A stretch of 64,000 nucleotides of DNA from NCBI RefSeq assembly GCF_009914755.1, contig NC_060942.1; one strand, 5' to 3'. This document shows positions 42,837-55,206 of the stretch, piece after piece. The notes below the pieces were generated by a model. It worked only from the letters and a program-made list of their open reading frames with translations. It was not told the DNA's origin and did no database searches. The position numbers and the translations under genes were made by a program. The number at the start of each line of letters is the position of its first letter. The stretch's first letter is position 1. Origin of the DNA: the human T2T-CHM13v2.0 reference genome, Homo sapiens.

Positions 42837-44387
42837 AAAATAAGGGAGAGGCCTTTATTTCTAGGATACTGGAATCTAGTATCCTAGTTATTTCTAGGAT
42901 ACTAGAATCAAGTTAGAGGGAGAGAATGAGCCAATAGCAGTGGATAGGAAAAAAACAAAATGATTGAATAGAAAGGTACAGCTGAGAAAGCCAGAATCTA
43001 GAAAATGTGAGAACTGGGATTACAGAGAAGTCAGCCTTGGAGAACCACATTATAGCATTTCTGTATATTTTTCATTTGATCCTACTAATGGCTTTGAGAT
43101 ACGCAGATGAGGAAGATTGATTTCATAGGGGCCAGATTTGTACAGTTGTGAACTGGAAGACCTAGGACGAGGAACGTGTCTGAATTAGCTTTTCCTAATG
43201 AGCTCTCCTTCCACAGCATTTTCCAAACTGCTTTCATTTCTGTGCCACCTTCACCATTTCTGCCATATTGAAGTCAGCTCCTTACTATTATTTTTTTGTG
43301 TGTATGTATATGTACACGTGTGTGTGTGTGTATCAACACACATATTCAACTCTGATTTTTACTTAGCATCAACCTATGCAACAATACCACAGGTTTGACA
43401 CGCTAGTTATATTTTTAAAATGCATATTAAATTCAATATATATACTTTCAGGAAAATCCATTCCATGTATCACCTAAGGGCATCTTGCATACCATCAGTG
43501 GCCCATATGCTGCCTCCATGATGAGGAATGACACTGTTTTTGAGAAAGGAGGAAAGAAAACGAGGATTCAGGAGGAAATGCCTTATATTAAGATGGAGAT
43601 GAAGATTTGTGTGCATCTCATTTGAAGGTGGTTAAAGGTGGTTAGCCCCTCAGGCAGTACAGATCAAGGAATGTTGGATAGGACATCACAGAAATCATTA
43701 GAGAATTAATTACTCCAGAATAGAGGTTTTACATTTTTCAAGTGGTGACTTGGGCTCTGCTGTCTGTTAGTACGTCCCCTGCAGAGCAGCGAAGGATGAA
43801 GGCAGCAGTAGTCCTGGCCTTAGACCTAGGCACTCGGGACCCCTGCCCTGGGTTCCTGTTTGAGGATGCTCTGTTCCTTCCCAGGATACACCACCTTCCT
43901 TCTTGGGCACACCCACACTCTCCATAACTAGGACTCTGGAATTCTCTGCTCTTAGAGACTGGACCTGTCTCTTCTTTTGCTTCCCTCTCCCCACCTGAAC
44001 TACATTGCCTCTGTCTGCAACCTTAGGTTCCAGTGACGGCCAATAGACAGCTGGTGGCCAATAGTTAGCAGGTGTGTGTGTGTGTGGACCTAGGACTGAG
44101 GTGTCCACACACACATATGCTAGGCTCCTTGTGCTGCAGAGTAAAGCCATGGGTGGAAAGAAAAGGGAGGGACCCAGTCATGTAAATATTAGGAAAGAAC
44201 TTGATTACTGCAGACTCAGAGAACTGAGCAAAAGAGAGAGAAGCAATTCTCAGGGAACAGGAGAGACAGTTCAAAGAGAACATGCCCTGCAAGTTCCATC
44301 CTCTGCACATTCTTACCACTTTGTAGTAGGAATTAGAATTATCCACAGCTGTGCAAATATTGTGAGGAAGACTTTATTTAAAATGGG

Positions 44388-44669
44388 GGCTGGATGTGGT
44401 GGGTAACACCTGCAATCCCAGCACTTTGGAAGCCCAAGGCAGGATCCCTCGAGCTCAGGAGTTTGATACCTCGTCTCTACTGAAAAAAAAAAAAAAATTA
44501 ACTGGGCGTGGTAGTGCACGCCTGTAGTCATAGCTACTCTGAGGTGGAAGAATCCCTTGAGCCCAGGAGTTTGAGGCTACAATGAGCTATGATGGTACCA
44601 CTGCACTCCAGCCTGGGTGACAGAGCAAGATCCTGTCTCATAAAAGAAAAATAAATAAATAAATAAGAA
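44388..44669 (+). mobile_element. AluJ with internal deletion
   Basis: Alu consensus. Confidence 0.82.
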
Positions 44670-45619
44670 ACTTTAACAAGCAGACCAAGAGATAGAGTGC
44701 TGTGTGCGGTTAGTACCAAAGACTAGATTCATAGAATCCTCACTGTGGCCATTTTGATACAGACTGAATTGGAACAGGACAATGTAGAACACAGAGGAAG
44801 AACAGCAACAGGAGTGGAAACAAGACAACAAAAAGGCCCTGCATGAGCTGTGCACAGAAATGTTCCCTTACTTGCACTGGGCTAAGATTTTCACCAATTC
44901 TTCAGGAAAAAAGAAAATGGAAGTTAGCATTGAAATGACACCAAGTATTGTTGGTTTTGGTTTCAATCAGATACATATGTATTGAACAAACTCTATCTTT
45001 CATATATTAAGGAAGGCTCTGGTGTTAATAAAATAGCATGAAAATAAATTCCTGCAGGAATCAGGTGGGAGAGAGACTACAGGTGGAGAAGATTTAACAT
45101 AGAGATTTGGAGTAATTTGTTTGGAAAATGTGCTATGGAAGGCACGTAATATAAATAATAAGGTTTTGGTCAGCTAGCAGCACATTTGAAGCTAGCATGG
45201 ATGTGTAGGGAGGTCATCAAGATTCTATAGTTTTCCTTAGTAAGGCTCTGCAGTTGGGAGGAGGAGCAGGATGAACGGGTGGAGGGAACTGGGTCAAGCT
45301 TGGCACAGTACCCACTTAAATATTGAAGTGGCTGACCTTGCTGCCTGGGCTAATTATCATCATCATAATCACTAAAAAATTTTTTTGAGCTCTTACTATA
45401 TGCCAGTTTCTGTTCTTAAGTCTTTAAATGGATCATCTTTGGGCTGGGCAGGAGGCATGTGATCATAAGAGAATCAGCAAGCTGTGTAAGATGGAAAGGC
45501 AGGCAGAGTCATTCCAAAGCTTAGTAAAGGTTCTAGAAATTTGTATTCAACTGCTTCAGTGTATACTGAACATGGATGAAGTTCAGTATGAGAAATTCAG
45601 CTTTAAAGATTTGACAGTT

Positions 45620-45974
45620 CCAAAATTAATATTGTTATAATGTCCATACTACCCAAAATGATCTATTGATTTAATGAAATCCCTATCAAAATTTCAATGA
45701 CATTTTTCCTAGAAATAAAAAAAAATTCTAAAATTTTCACGGAACTACAGAAAACTCTGAATAGCCAAAGTAATCTTATGCAAAAAAGAACAAAGCTGGA
45801 GGCATCTCATTACCTGACTTCATAATATACTACAAAGCTATAGTAATCAAAGCAGCATAGTACTGGCGTAAAAATTGATGTACAGACTAATGGAACAGAC
45901 AGGAGGGCACAGAAATAAATCTGCACATTACAATCCATTGTTTTTTGACAAAGAAGCCAAGATGTATACACTGA
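45620..45974 (+). mobile_element. L1M(A) ORF2 remnant, left half (interrupted)
   Basis: aatgtccatactacccaaa...aagaacaaagctggaggcatc...tttttgacaaagaagccaag. Confidence 0.88.
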
Positions 45975-46034
45975 AGCAGTTGAATACAAATTTCTAGAAC
46001 CTTTACCAAGCTTTGGAATCACTTTGCCTGCCTT

Positions 46035-46440
46035 CCCATATCTTGGGGGGTGTCCACCCCACTGCGATGTCGATCGTAATACCCAGCCAGGGGAGGGGGG
46101 TGATATTACTCCCCATATGGCGGGGGGTGTCCACCACCCTGCTATGTGGATCATAATACCCAGTGGGGTGGAGGGGGGTGATATTACTCCCCATATGGCG
46201 GAGGGTGTCCAGCCTCCTGCGATGTGGATTGTAATAACCAGGAGGAGAGACGGGGGCGATATTGCTCCCCATATCGCAGGGGGTGTCCACCCTTCTGCGA
46301 TGTGGACCGTAATACCCAGTGGGAGAGACGGGGTGATATTACTTCACATATGTCGGGGGGTGTCCACCCCACTGCGATGTAGACCCTAATACCCAGAGAG
46401 GGAGAAGGGGTAATATTACTCCCCATGTCATGGGGGGTGT
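46035..46440 (-). repeat. SATR2-like satellite block A (~5 x 77 bp)
   Basis: Units ggggtgtccacccc.ctgcgatgtggatcgtaatacccag...gatattactccccatat; family name from recall. Confidence 0.8.
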
Positions 46441-49400
46441 TCACCCTCCTTCTATATGGGGAGTAATATCATCCTCTCCCATCCTGGATATTAGGAACAA
46501 TTTCACAGGGTGTGTGTACACAGCCTGCAATGTTGAAAGTAATGTCATCCTCTCCCCCTCCGGATATTAGGAACAATATCACAAAAGGACTGTACACTTT
46601 TTGCGATATTTCGAGTAATATCATCCTGTGATTCCCTGAATATTGGGAGACATATTTTCCACAAGGTGGGTGTACACTCATTGCTATACTGGGAGTAACA
46701 TCCTACTGTACCCCCCGGAAATTATGAGCAATATCACAGGGGTGCACAGCCATTGCCATAGCAGAAGTAATATCATGCGCTCCCTCACTAGTTTTTAGGA
46801 ACAATATCACAGGGGGAAGTACACCTTCTGGGGTATTGGGAATAATATCATCATCTCTTCTTGTAGATATTAGGTACAATATCACGGGGGGGGGTGTACA
46901 CCCCTTGCTCTATTAGAAGTAATATCGTTCTCGCCTCTTCTAGATTTTACCAATAATATCACAAGCGGGGTGTACATCCCTTGTTATATTGGGAGTAATA
47001 GCATCTTCTTTCAACCTGGATATTGAGAACAATATTACATGGGGGTGTACATCCCTTCAATATTCGGAGTAACAGTATCTTCTCCACTCCTGGATATAAG
47101 AAACAATATCACAGGCAGGGTGTACACCCCTTGTTGTATTGGGAGTAATAGCATCTTCTTTCAACCTGGATATTGAAAACTGTATCACATGGTGAGTGTC
47201 CATGCCTTCAATATTGGTAGTAATACTAATTTCTTCCCTCCTGGATATAAGAAACAATATCACGGGTGTGGTGTACACCCCTTGCAATATTGGGAGTAAC
47301 GTCACCTCTCCCTATGTGGTTATTACGGAGAAAATCACAGGGTGGCTGTACACTTCCTACGTTATTGGGAGTAATATCATCCACAACCCCCCTGGATGGC
47401 AGGAACCGTATCACAGAAGGGGTGTACAGCCCCTGCGATATTGGGAGTAATATTATTCTCTTGTCCCTGTACGTTAGGAACTATATCACAGGGGGGCTGT
47501 ACACCTTCTGTGATATTAGAATTAATGTTATCATCTTCCCCACTGAATATTAGGAACAATATCACAGAAGGGTGTACACCCCCTGCGATCAGGCCAGTAA
47601 TATCATCGGCTCCTTCCCTGGATATTAGGAACAATTTCACAAGGTGTGTACACCCCCTGCGCTATTGGGAGTAACATTATTCTCTCTTCCCCTCGATATT
47701 AGAAAGAATATCACAGGTGGAGGGTACACCCCACCCCCTGCGATATTGGGAGTAATATCATCCTCTTTTAACCTGGATATTAGGAGCGGTGTCACAGGGG
47801 GCGTGTACACTTCCTTCGATACTGGGAGTAATATCCTCTCTCCCCGTAAATAGTAGGAAAAATATCAAAGGTGTGTACAGCACTTGCGATATTGAGAGTA
47901 ACATAATCCTCCCCTCACCTGGATATCAGAAATAATATCACGGTGGGGGGGTGTACACAACCTGCGATATTGGGAGTAACATTATTTTCTGCCCCCATGG
48001 ATGTTGAGAACAGTATCACAAGGGCGGTGTACACCGTCTGCGATAATGGGTGTAATAGCGTCCTCACTCCCCCTAGATATTAGGAACAATACCACAGGCA
48101 GATTACACACCCGCTGCAACGTTGGGAGTAATATCATCCTTTCCCCCCTGGATACTAGGAACAATATCTCATGGGAGGTGTACAGCCCATTCCATTTTGG
48201 GAGTAATATTAATTTCTTCATTGCTGGAAATAAGAAACAATATAACAGGGGTGGTGTACACACCCTGTGATATTGCCAGTAATAGAGACTTCGCCCCCCC
48301 CACCGGATATTAGGAACAACATCAAAAAGGGGTGTATACAGCGATATTGGGATTAATATCACGCTCTCCCCCTTGAATTTAGGAACAATATCAAAGAAAG
48401 GGTGTCCACCCCTTGCGATATTGACAGTAATTACATCCTCTCCCTCCGTGGATTTTAAGAACAATACCACATAGTTGGTGTACACGCACTGCGATACTGG
48501 AAGTAATGTCATCCTCTTCCCCCTGGATATTAAAAACAGTATCACAGAGGTGGTCTACACCCCCCGCGATGTGGCCAGCAATATCATCCTTTCCCCCACT
48601 GGATATTGGGAACAACATCACAGGGGTGTGTACACCTCCTGCGCTATTGGGAGTAGTATCATTCTCTCTTCTTCTGGATATTAGGAATAATATCATAGGT
48701 GGGGTGTACAACCCCTGCGATACTGGCAGTAATATTATCCTCACGCAACCTGGATATTCAAAACCGAATAACAGGGGGGTGTACACCCCCTGCGATATTG
48801 GTAGTAACATCATTCTCTCCCCCACTTGATATTACAAAACAATATCCCAAGAAAGGGTGTACACCCTCTGAGATATTGAGAGCATTATCATCCTCTCCCC
48901 AACTAAATATGAGGAACAATGTTGGTGGGGGGGATGTACACCCCTTGCGATATTGGGAGTAATATCCTCTCCCTCCCTGGATATTAGAAACAATATCAAA
49001 GGGGTCGTGTACACCCCCTGTGATATTGGGAGTAATATCATTCTAATCTCCCCGGGATATTTGGAACAATATTATGGAGGGGGTGTACAACCTCTGCCAT
49101 ATTGTGAGTCATATCATTTCTCTTCCCCTGGATATTAGGAACAATATCTAGAGTAATAATATCCCTTCCCTTCTGGACATTAAGAACAATATCACTGGGT
49201 GGGTGTACAGCCCCTGCAATATTGGGAGTAATATCATCCTCTCCCTCTCTCGATATTAGGAACAATATCCCAAGGTGGGTGTACATCCCCTGCGATATTG
49301 GGCGTAATATCATCGTCTGCCAACATGGATATTGGGAACAATTTCACGGGGTGGGGAGGGGGTGTACACCTTCTTCCATGTTGGGAGTAATATCATCCTC

Positions 49401-50325
49401 TCCCCCCGAATTGTAGGAAAAACTTCGAAAGGGTTTTACCACTTGTGCAATATTGGCAGTAATATCATCCTCTCCCCACCTAGATATTAGGAACTATATC
49501 ACAGGATGCTGTACACTTCTTGCGATATTGGGAGGAATATCATCCTCTCCCATCATGGATATTAAGAACAATATCACAGGGAAGGTGGACAACCCCTGCG
49601 ATATTGAGGGTAATATTATGCTCTCCCCTTCTGGACATCAGGAATAATATCACAGGAGGTGTGTACAACCCCTGCGATATTAGGAGTAATGCCATCTTTT
49701 CCCCCCGAATATAAGAAACAATATCACAGGAAGATGTACACCCCCTGAGATATTGGGAGTAATATCATTCTCTCCTACTCTGGATATTCAGAACAATATA
49801 ACGGGGGTGGAGTGGCGTGTATACCCCTGCGGTATTGGGAGTAATATCTTCCTCTCCACCGCTGGCTATTAGGAACAATGTCACAGAAGGGGTGTACACC
49901 CCCTGGTGTATTGGGAGTAATATCATCCTCTCCGTCCCTGGATATTAGGAACAATATCACTAAGGAGTGTACACCTCCTGTGATACTGAGACTAGTATCA
50001 TCCTCTTGCCCCCTGGATATTAGGAACAATATCACAGGGGTGGTGTACACCTCCTGCGAATTTGGGGCAAATGTCATCCTCTCCACCTTTGGATATTAGA
50101 GACAATATCACAGGAGGGGTCTACGCCCCCTGCAATATTGGGAGTGATATCATCCTCTCCCCCCCGGATATCAGGAACAATATCACAGAAGGGATGTGCA
50201 CCCACTGTGATATTTTGAGTAATGTCATCCTCTACCCGCTGGCTATTAAGAACAATACAGGTGGTGTAAGCTTTCCGCGACATTGGGAGTTATAGCATCG
50301 TCTCCCCCAGATATCAGGAACAATA
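46441..50325 (+). repeat. SATR1-like satellite block B (~50 x 75 bp)
   Basis: Units gggggtgtacaccccctgcgatattgggagtaatatcatcctctccccctggatattaggaacaatatcaca. Confidence 0.9.
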
Positions 50326-50604
50326 ATATTAATATTAATAATTAATATCAATTATTAATATTAATAAAATGATGCTAATTAATATCAATCATTACTATTA
50401 GTAATTAAAGTGCTTACAATGAAATTAATGTTAATAACATCAATAAGAGCCATAGTAAATAAAACATTAGCAATTTATATTGATTAATAACTAGTATTAG
50501 TATTAATAATTAATAATACCATTATGTTAGAAATCAGTATTAGTTGCTATCAATAATTAATAATAATAATTAGTGATTACTAATGACATTATCACTATTA
50601 TCAT
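50326..50604. repeat. AT-rich low-complexity spacer between inverted satellite arms
   Basis: taatattaatattaataattaat... strongly AT-rich. Confidence 0.9.
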
Positions 50605-51670
50605 TTCTAATACCGCACGGGGTCTACACCCAACTGTGATTTTGTTCCTAATAGTCAGGGCAGGAGAGCATATTAGTTTCAATATCGCAGTAGGTGTACA
50701 CCCGCCCTGTGATACTGATTCTAATATCCACGGGTCAGAGTATGAAATTACTCCAAATAGAGCAGGGGGTGTCCAGCCACCCGGTGATATTGCTCCTAAT
50801 ATTCACAAAAGAAGAGAATGATATCACTGCCAATATCGCAGGGAGTGTACACCTCTTCTGTGATACTGTTCCTAGCATCCGGAGGGGGAGAGGATGATAA
50901 TACTTAAAGTATCGCAGGATGTGTACACCCACCCTGTGATATTGTTCCTAATATCCAGGAAGGGAGAGGATGATATTACTCCCCTCATAGCACAGATGTA
51001 CACCCACCCTGGGATGTTGTTCCTAATGTCCATGGAGGAGAGAGGCTGATATTACTCCCAATATCGCAGGGGGTGTACATCCACCCTGTGATACTGCTCT
51101 TAATATTCAAAGGCCGGGAGGTTGATATTATTCCCAACATCGCAGAAAGTGTACACCCCCGTGTGATATTGTTCCTAATATCCAGAAGGGGAGAAGATGA
51201 TATTACTCCCCATATCGCAGGAGGTGTACAGCCACTCTGTGATTTTTTTTAATAAGCGGGGGGGTGGGGGGAGAAGATAATATTATTCTCAATTTCTCAG
51301 GGAATGTACAACCCCCTGTGAGATTGTCCTTAATATTCAAAGACAGAGGGGATGATATTACTCCCAATATCGCAGAAAGTGTACACCCCCTAGTGATATT
51401 GCTCCCATGATCCACGATAGAAGAGGATGATATTACTTTCAATATCACAGAATGTGTACACGCACCCAGTGATATTGTTCCTAATTTCAAGGTGGGAGAG
51501 GATGATATGACACCTAATATCGCAGAGAGTAAAAACACTCCTGTGATATTGTTCTTAATATCAAGGGTGGGGAGAGGACGATATTACTGCCAATACTGCA
51601 GAGGGTGTACACTTGTCTGGAAATAGTTCATAATTTCAAGAAGGGAAGATGGTATTACTCACAATATCAT
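50605..51670 (-). repeat. SATR1-like block C (~14 units), inverted relative to B
   Basis: Units gtgtacacccc.ctgtgatattgttcctaatatccag...gatgatattactcccaatatcgcag. Confidence 0.9.
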
Positions 51671-51689
51671 AAACAAGCTGTCGGTCCAC

Positions 51690-51971
51690 CGTGGATCGTA
51701 ATATCCAAGGGAAGAGAGGGGGGTGATATTACTCCCCATATCGTGGGGGGTGCCCACCCCCCTGCGATGTGGATTGCAATATCCAGGGGGCAAGATGGGG
51801 ATGATATTACTCCCCATATCGCGGGGAATGTCCACCCCACTGCGATGTGGATCATAATATCCACGATATGGGGGTGATATTACTCCACATATTGCAGGGG
51901 GGTGCCCACCCCCCTGCAATATGGATTGTAATATCCAGGGGAGGAGAGGGGGGTGATAATACTCCCCATAT
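51690..51971 (-). repeat. SATR2-like block D (~4 units), same type and orientation as A
   Basis: gtggatcgtaatatcc...gatattactccccatatc. Confidence 0.8.
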
Positions 51972-52027
51972 TCTCTTATGATCTCATGCCTCCTGCCCAG
52001 CCCAGAGATGAGACTTTCCTTACCTAA

Positions 52028-52712
52028 TGAGAAAAGGACAGTCTCTTCAACAAACAGTGCTGGAAAAACTGGATATCCACATGTGGAAGAATAAAAATGG
52101 ACCCTCATCTCACAACATACACAAAAATCAACTCAAAATGGATTAAAGACTTAAATGTATGACCCGAAAATGTAAAACTATGGAAGAAAATATAAGGGAA
52201 AACCCTATGATGTTGATCTGGACAGTGATTTTTTTGGATATGACCCGAAAGGCACAGACAACAAAAGCAAAAATAAAGAAATGGGATTATGTCAAACTAA
52301 AAAGCTTCTGCCCAAGCAAGGAAATAATCAATAGAATGAAGAGACAACCTATGGAATGAGAGAAAATATTTGCAAACCATACATCTGATAAGTGGTCAAT
52401 ATCCAAAATATATAAGGAAATCAAATGACTCAATAACAGGAAATCAAATAACCTGATTTACAAATGGGCAAAGGATCTGAGTAGATATTTCTCCAAAGAA
52501 GACATGGAAATGGCCAATTGCTAAGAAAGTAGATTTAAGTGTTCTTTTTACAAAAAAAGATAAGTATTTGAGATAGGGCTTTGTTAAATAGCTGAATTTT
52601 GCCAATCTACAATACATAAATATATCAAAACATCATGTTGTATGCTATAAATATATACAATTTTTATTTGTCATTTAAGGTAAACAAATTTTTAAAAATG
52701 AAACAAACAAAA
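52028..52712 (+). mobile_element. L1M(A) right half: ORF2 remnant and 3' end
   Basis: gaaaaggacagtctcttcaa...aaaatcaactcaaaatggattaaagactt; continues the L1 sequence broken at 45974. Confidence 0.88.
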
Positions 52713-54890
52713 AGATTTGACAATTCCAGAATGAATGACTGAGATAAAATGTAGTGATCTGATCATCTTGAAAGGTCATTACAATTGATTGAATTATTTT
52801 GGCTGTTGTGGAATATTTTCCACGTGGCCTTGTTTGGAAGCAGGGTTATAAATAAGGTCATCCCTTCCTGATTTTAGGGATGTGAAATCAAACTTAGTAT
52901 TTTAAAATTTTGTTTTGAGTTGGGCTTCCACTGGTAGAAAAATAAATGAGAACTTAATTCCATTATTTAGAATTGAAAAAATAGATTTTTAAACAAAATG
53001 ATTTGTCTACCTGTGCTGTGGTGGAAAAGTATGGGTGTCTGTGACAGGGTTTCCTTTATCAAGTGAAAAAACTTCAACCCAGACTGGGCTAATTTTTCAT
53101 TTGGTAATATGGCCATATCTGGGAAGCAATCATTTCCAGATCTTAACTGGCATTTCAATTACTAACTTTTACATTTCACATGTTTAATGGAACCTGGAAA
53201 AGGAGACACAGATTTTAGTCTTCTTGGCTAGTTTGTGGGTATAGAACAATCTTAACTCGGACATCGTGGAAGTCAGTGAGCTGTGTAGACAGGACCTTCT
53301 GGGGAGCTGATTGTTCATGCACTGCAAAACTCTCTTTCAATTATTGAAATCAACTTTTTTCCAATGCCTCAAAGCAAGGACGATTCTGAGGCCTTTGAAA
53401 GCAATTTTTCATTTTGTTTCTTTGCATACTGACACATCTCGATGTTTACTACGTAACAGAAGAGCTAATTTAAAGCAGTGTGTTGCTAAGCCTAGCTCTC
53501 TCCCTATGTCTCCCTGCCTCTGCCACCCTGGATCCTGTGGTCCTCAGTACTTTTCTGTGCCATACATTAGAATCCCAGAATGGCATTCTAAATAGGAGAC
53601 AGGCGGCAGAGTAGTAAAAATTGAGTGAATTTATGATTCAACTGAGAAGATTCTCTTTCCAGTATTCTTTTCCCCAGTAAAGTGATTGTACTGATTCCTT
53701 TGTAAATTTGGTCGCTTGGAAAGTTCTAAGGATTGAGCAAATTGCTTTTAAAGAATCTCCATTTTCTGCATATGTATGTCACCTACTCAAAATCTTATTT
53801 TCCAGTTTAAATTATTTTCTAACTAATATGTTATACTTCCCTCAGCAATCCCTCAACTGTAAGAAAAATGCATTTTTTTCTTCTAGTGATAAATAGTAAG
53901 TTCATTGCATTTCTTAGAATATAAACATTCATAATTGATAACGTCCACACATCTCCCCAGTCCTCATGTTTGTATTATTAGCTTAATATGGAAAGACTGT
54001 GTGTGTGTGTGTATGTGTGTGTGTGCATTTGTGTCCATAATAAAAGAGAAATCTTATGTGTCCATAATAAAAGAGAAATCTATTTTGCTAATGAGAGTTT
54101 CCAATCAACAAATTTTGCCTTGTGAATTACAGTTTTAAAGTACTTTCAATTATTAAATTTATTGCTATTTAAAATCCTATTTAGGAACCTTGCTATTAAT
54201 ACTAGAACTTTAGTTACAGCCTCAAGTTTGAGCCCCTCCCAAAAAATCTCATCTCCTGGAGCCTGCAAAAGTGTATAAAATATGTTCAGAAAAATACATC
54301 TTGGACAGCCATGGAGTGGAATGGAGAGCTGGTGGGATATATGGCTGAGAGGAGAGGTCCAAGACAGTGCCTTTCCTGGTCACAAGGTCAAGGTCAATAT
54401 GGCTCACATGGGTGATGCCATTTTCTTCTTGTTCTCATAACATCCAGAAGATGTGCTGGCTGATCAGCAGTTTTGCAGAACTGCTACTTTGGTTCTCAGG
54501 GAGTGCTCTAGAATATATTTACATAACTTGAGAAAAATGTCTTGAGCATATACTGCATGGCCAGTACTGTGCCTGAGCCCTCTTAGTGTCTAGATGTGAA
54601 TTGTAGTTATAGTCTCATGGCTAAAAGTTGTTTTGTATTTCAGTCTCTTCTGCCACCTGGTTTTTAAAATGTTTTCCTTTTTGAGAAAATCACAATTACC
54701 TGTATATGTAAATTTTATTGTTAAAGATGAGTACTGATATTTTGACTTTATTTTGGGTCATAGGCTTGCAAAGCTTTACTTAAGACTTCAGTAAGTAAAG
54801 GCCCATGACTGATTTGTAGAATCACTGAAATAATAGTAAGACTCTACTTCTCAGAAGATGAAACAGAGTCTTAGAGAAGTTTATTACTAA

Positions 54891-55206
<316 letters not shown>

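Noticed and set aside
46035-51971. CRISPR-like array (palindromic repeats at regular spacing)
   Set aside because: The intervening sequences are themselves repeated parts of a 75-bp monomer, not unique spacers; no cas genes; primate context
45810-52108. Many repetitive ORFs (GVYTPCDIGSNII..., ILFLISRG...) as a repeat protein gene
   Set aside because: They occur in all frames and both strands with frequent stops and frameshifts; artefact of a ~75-bp (25-codon) period
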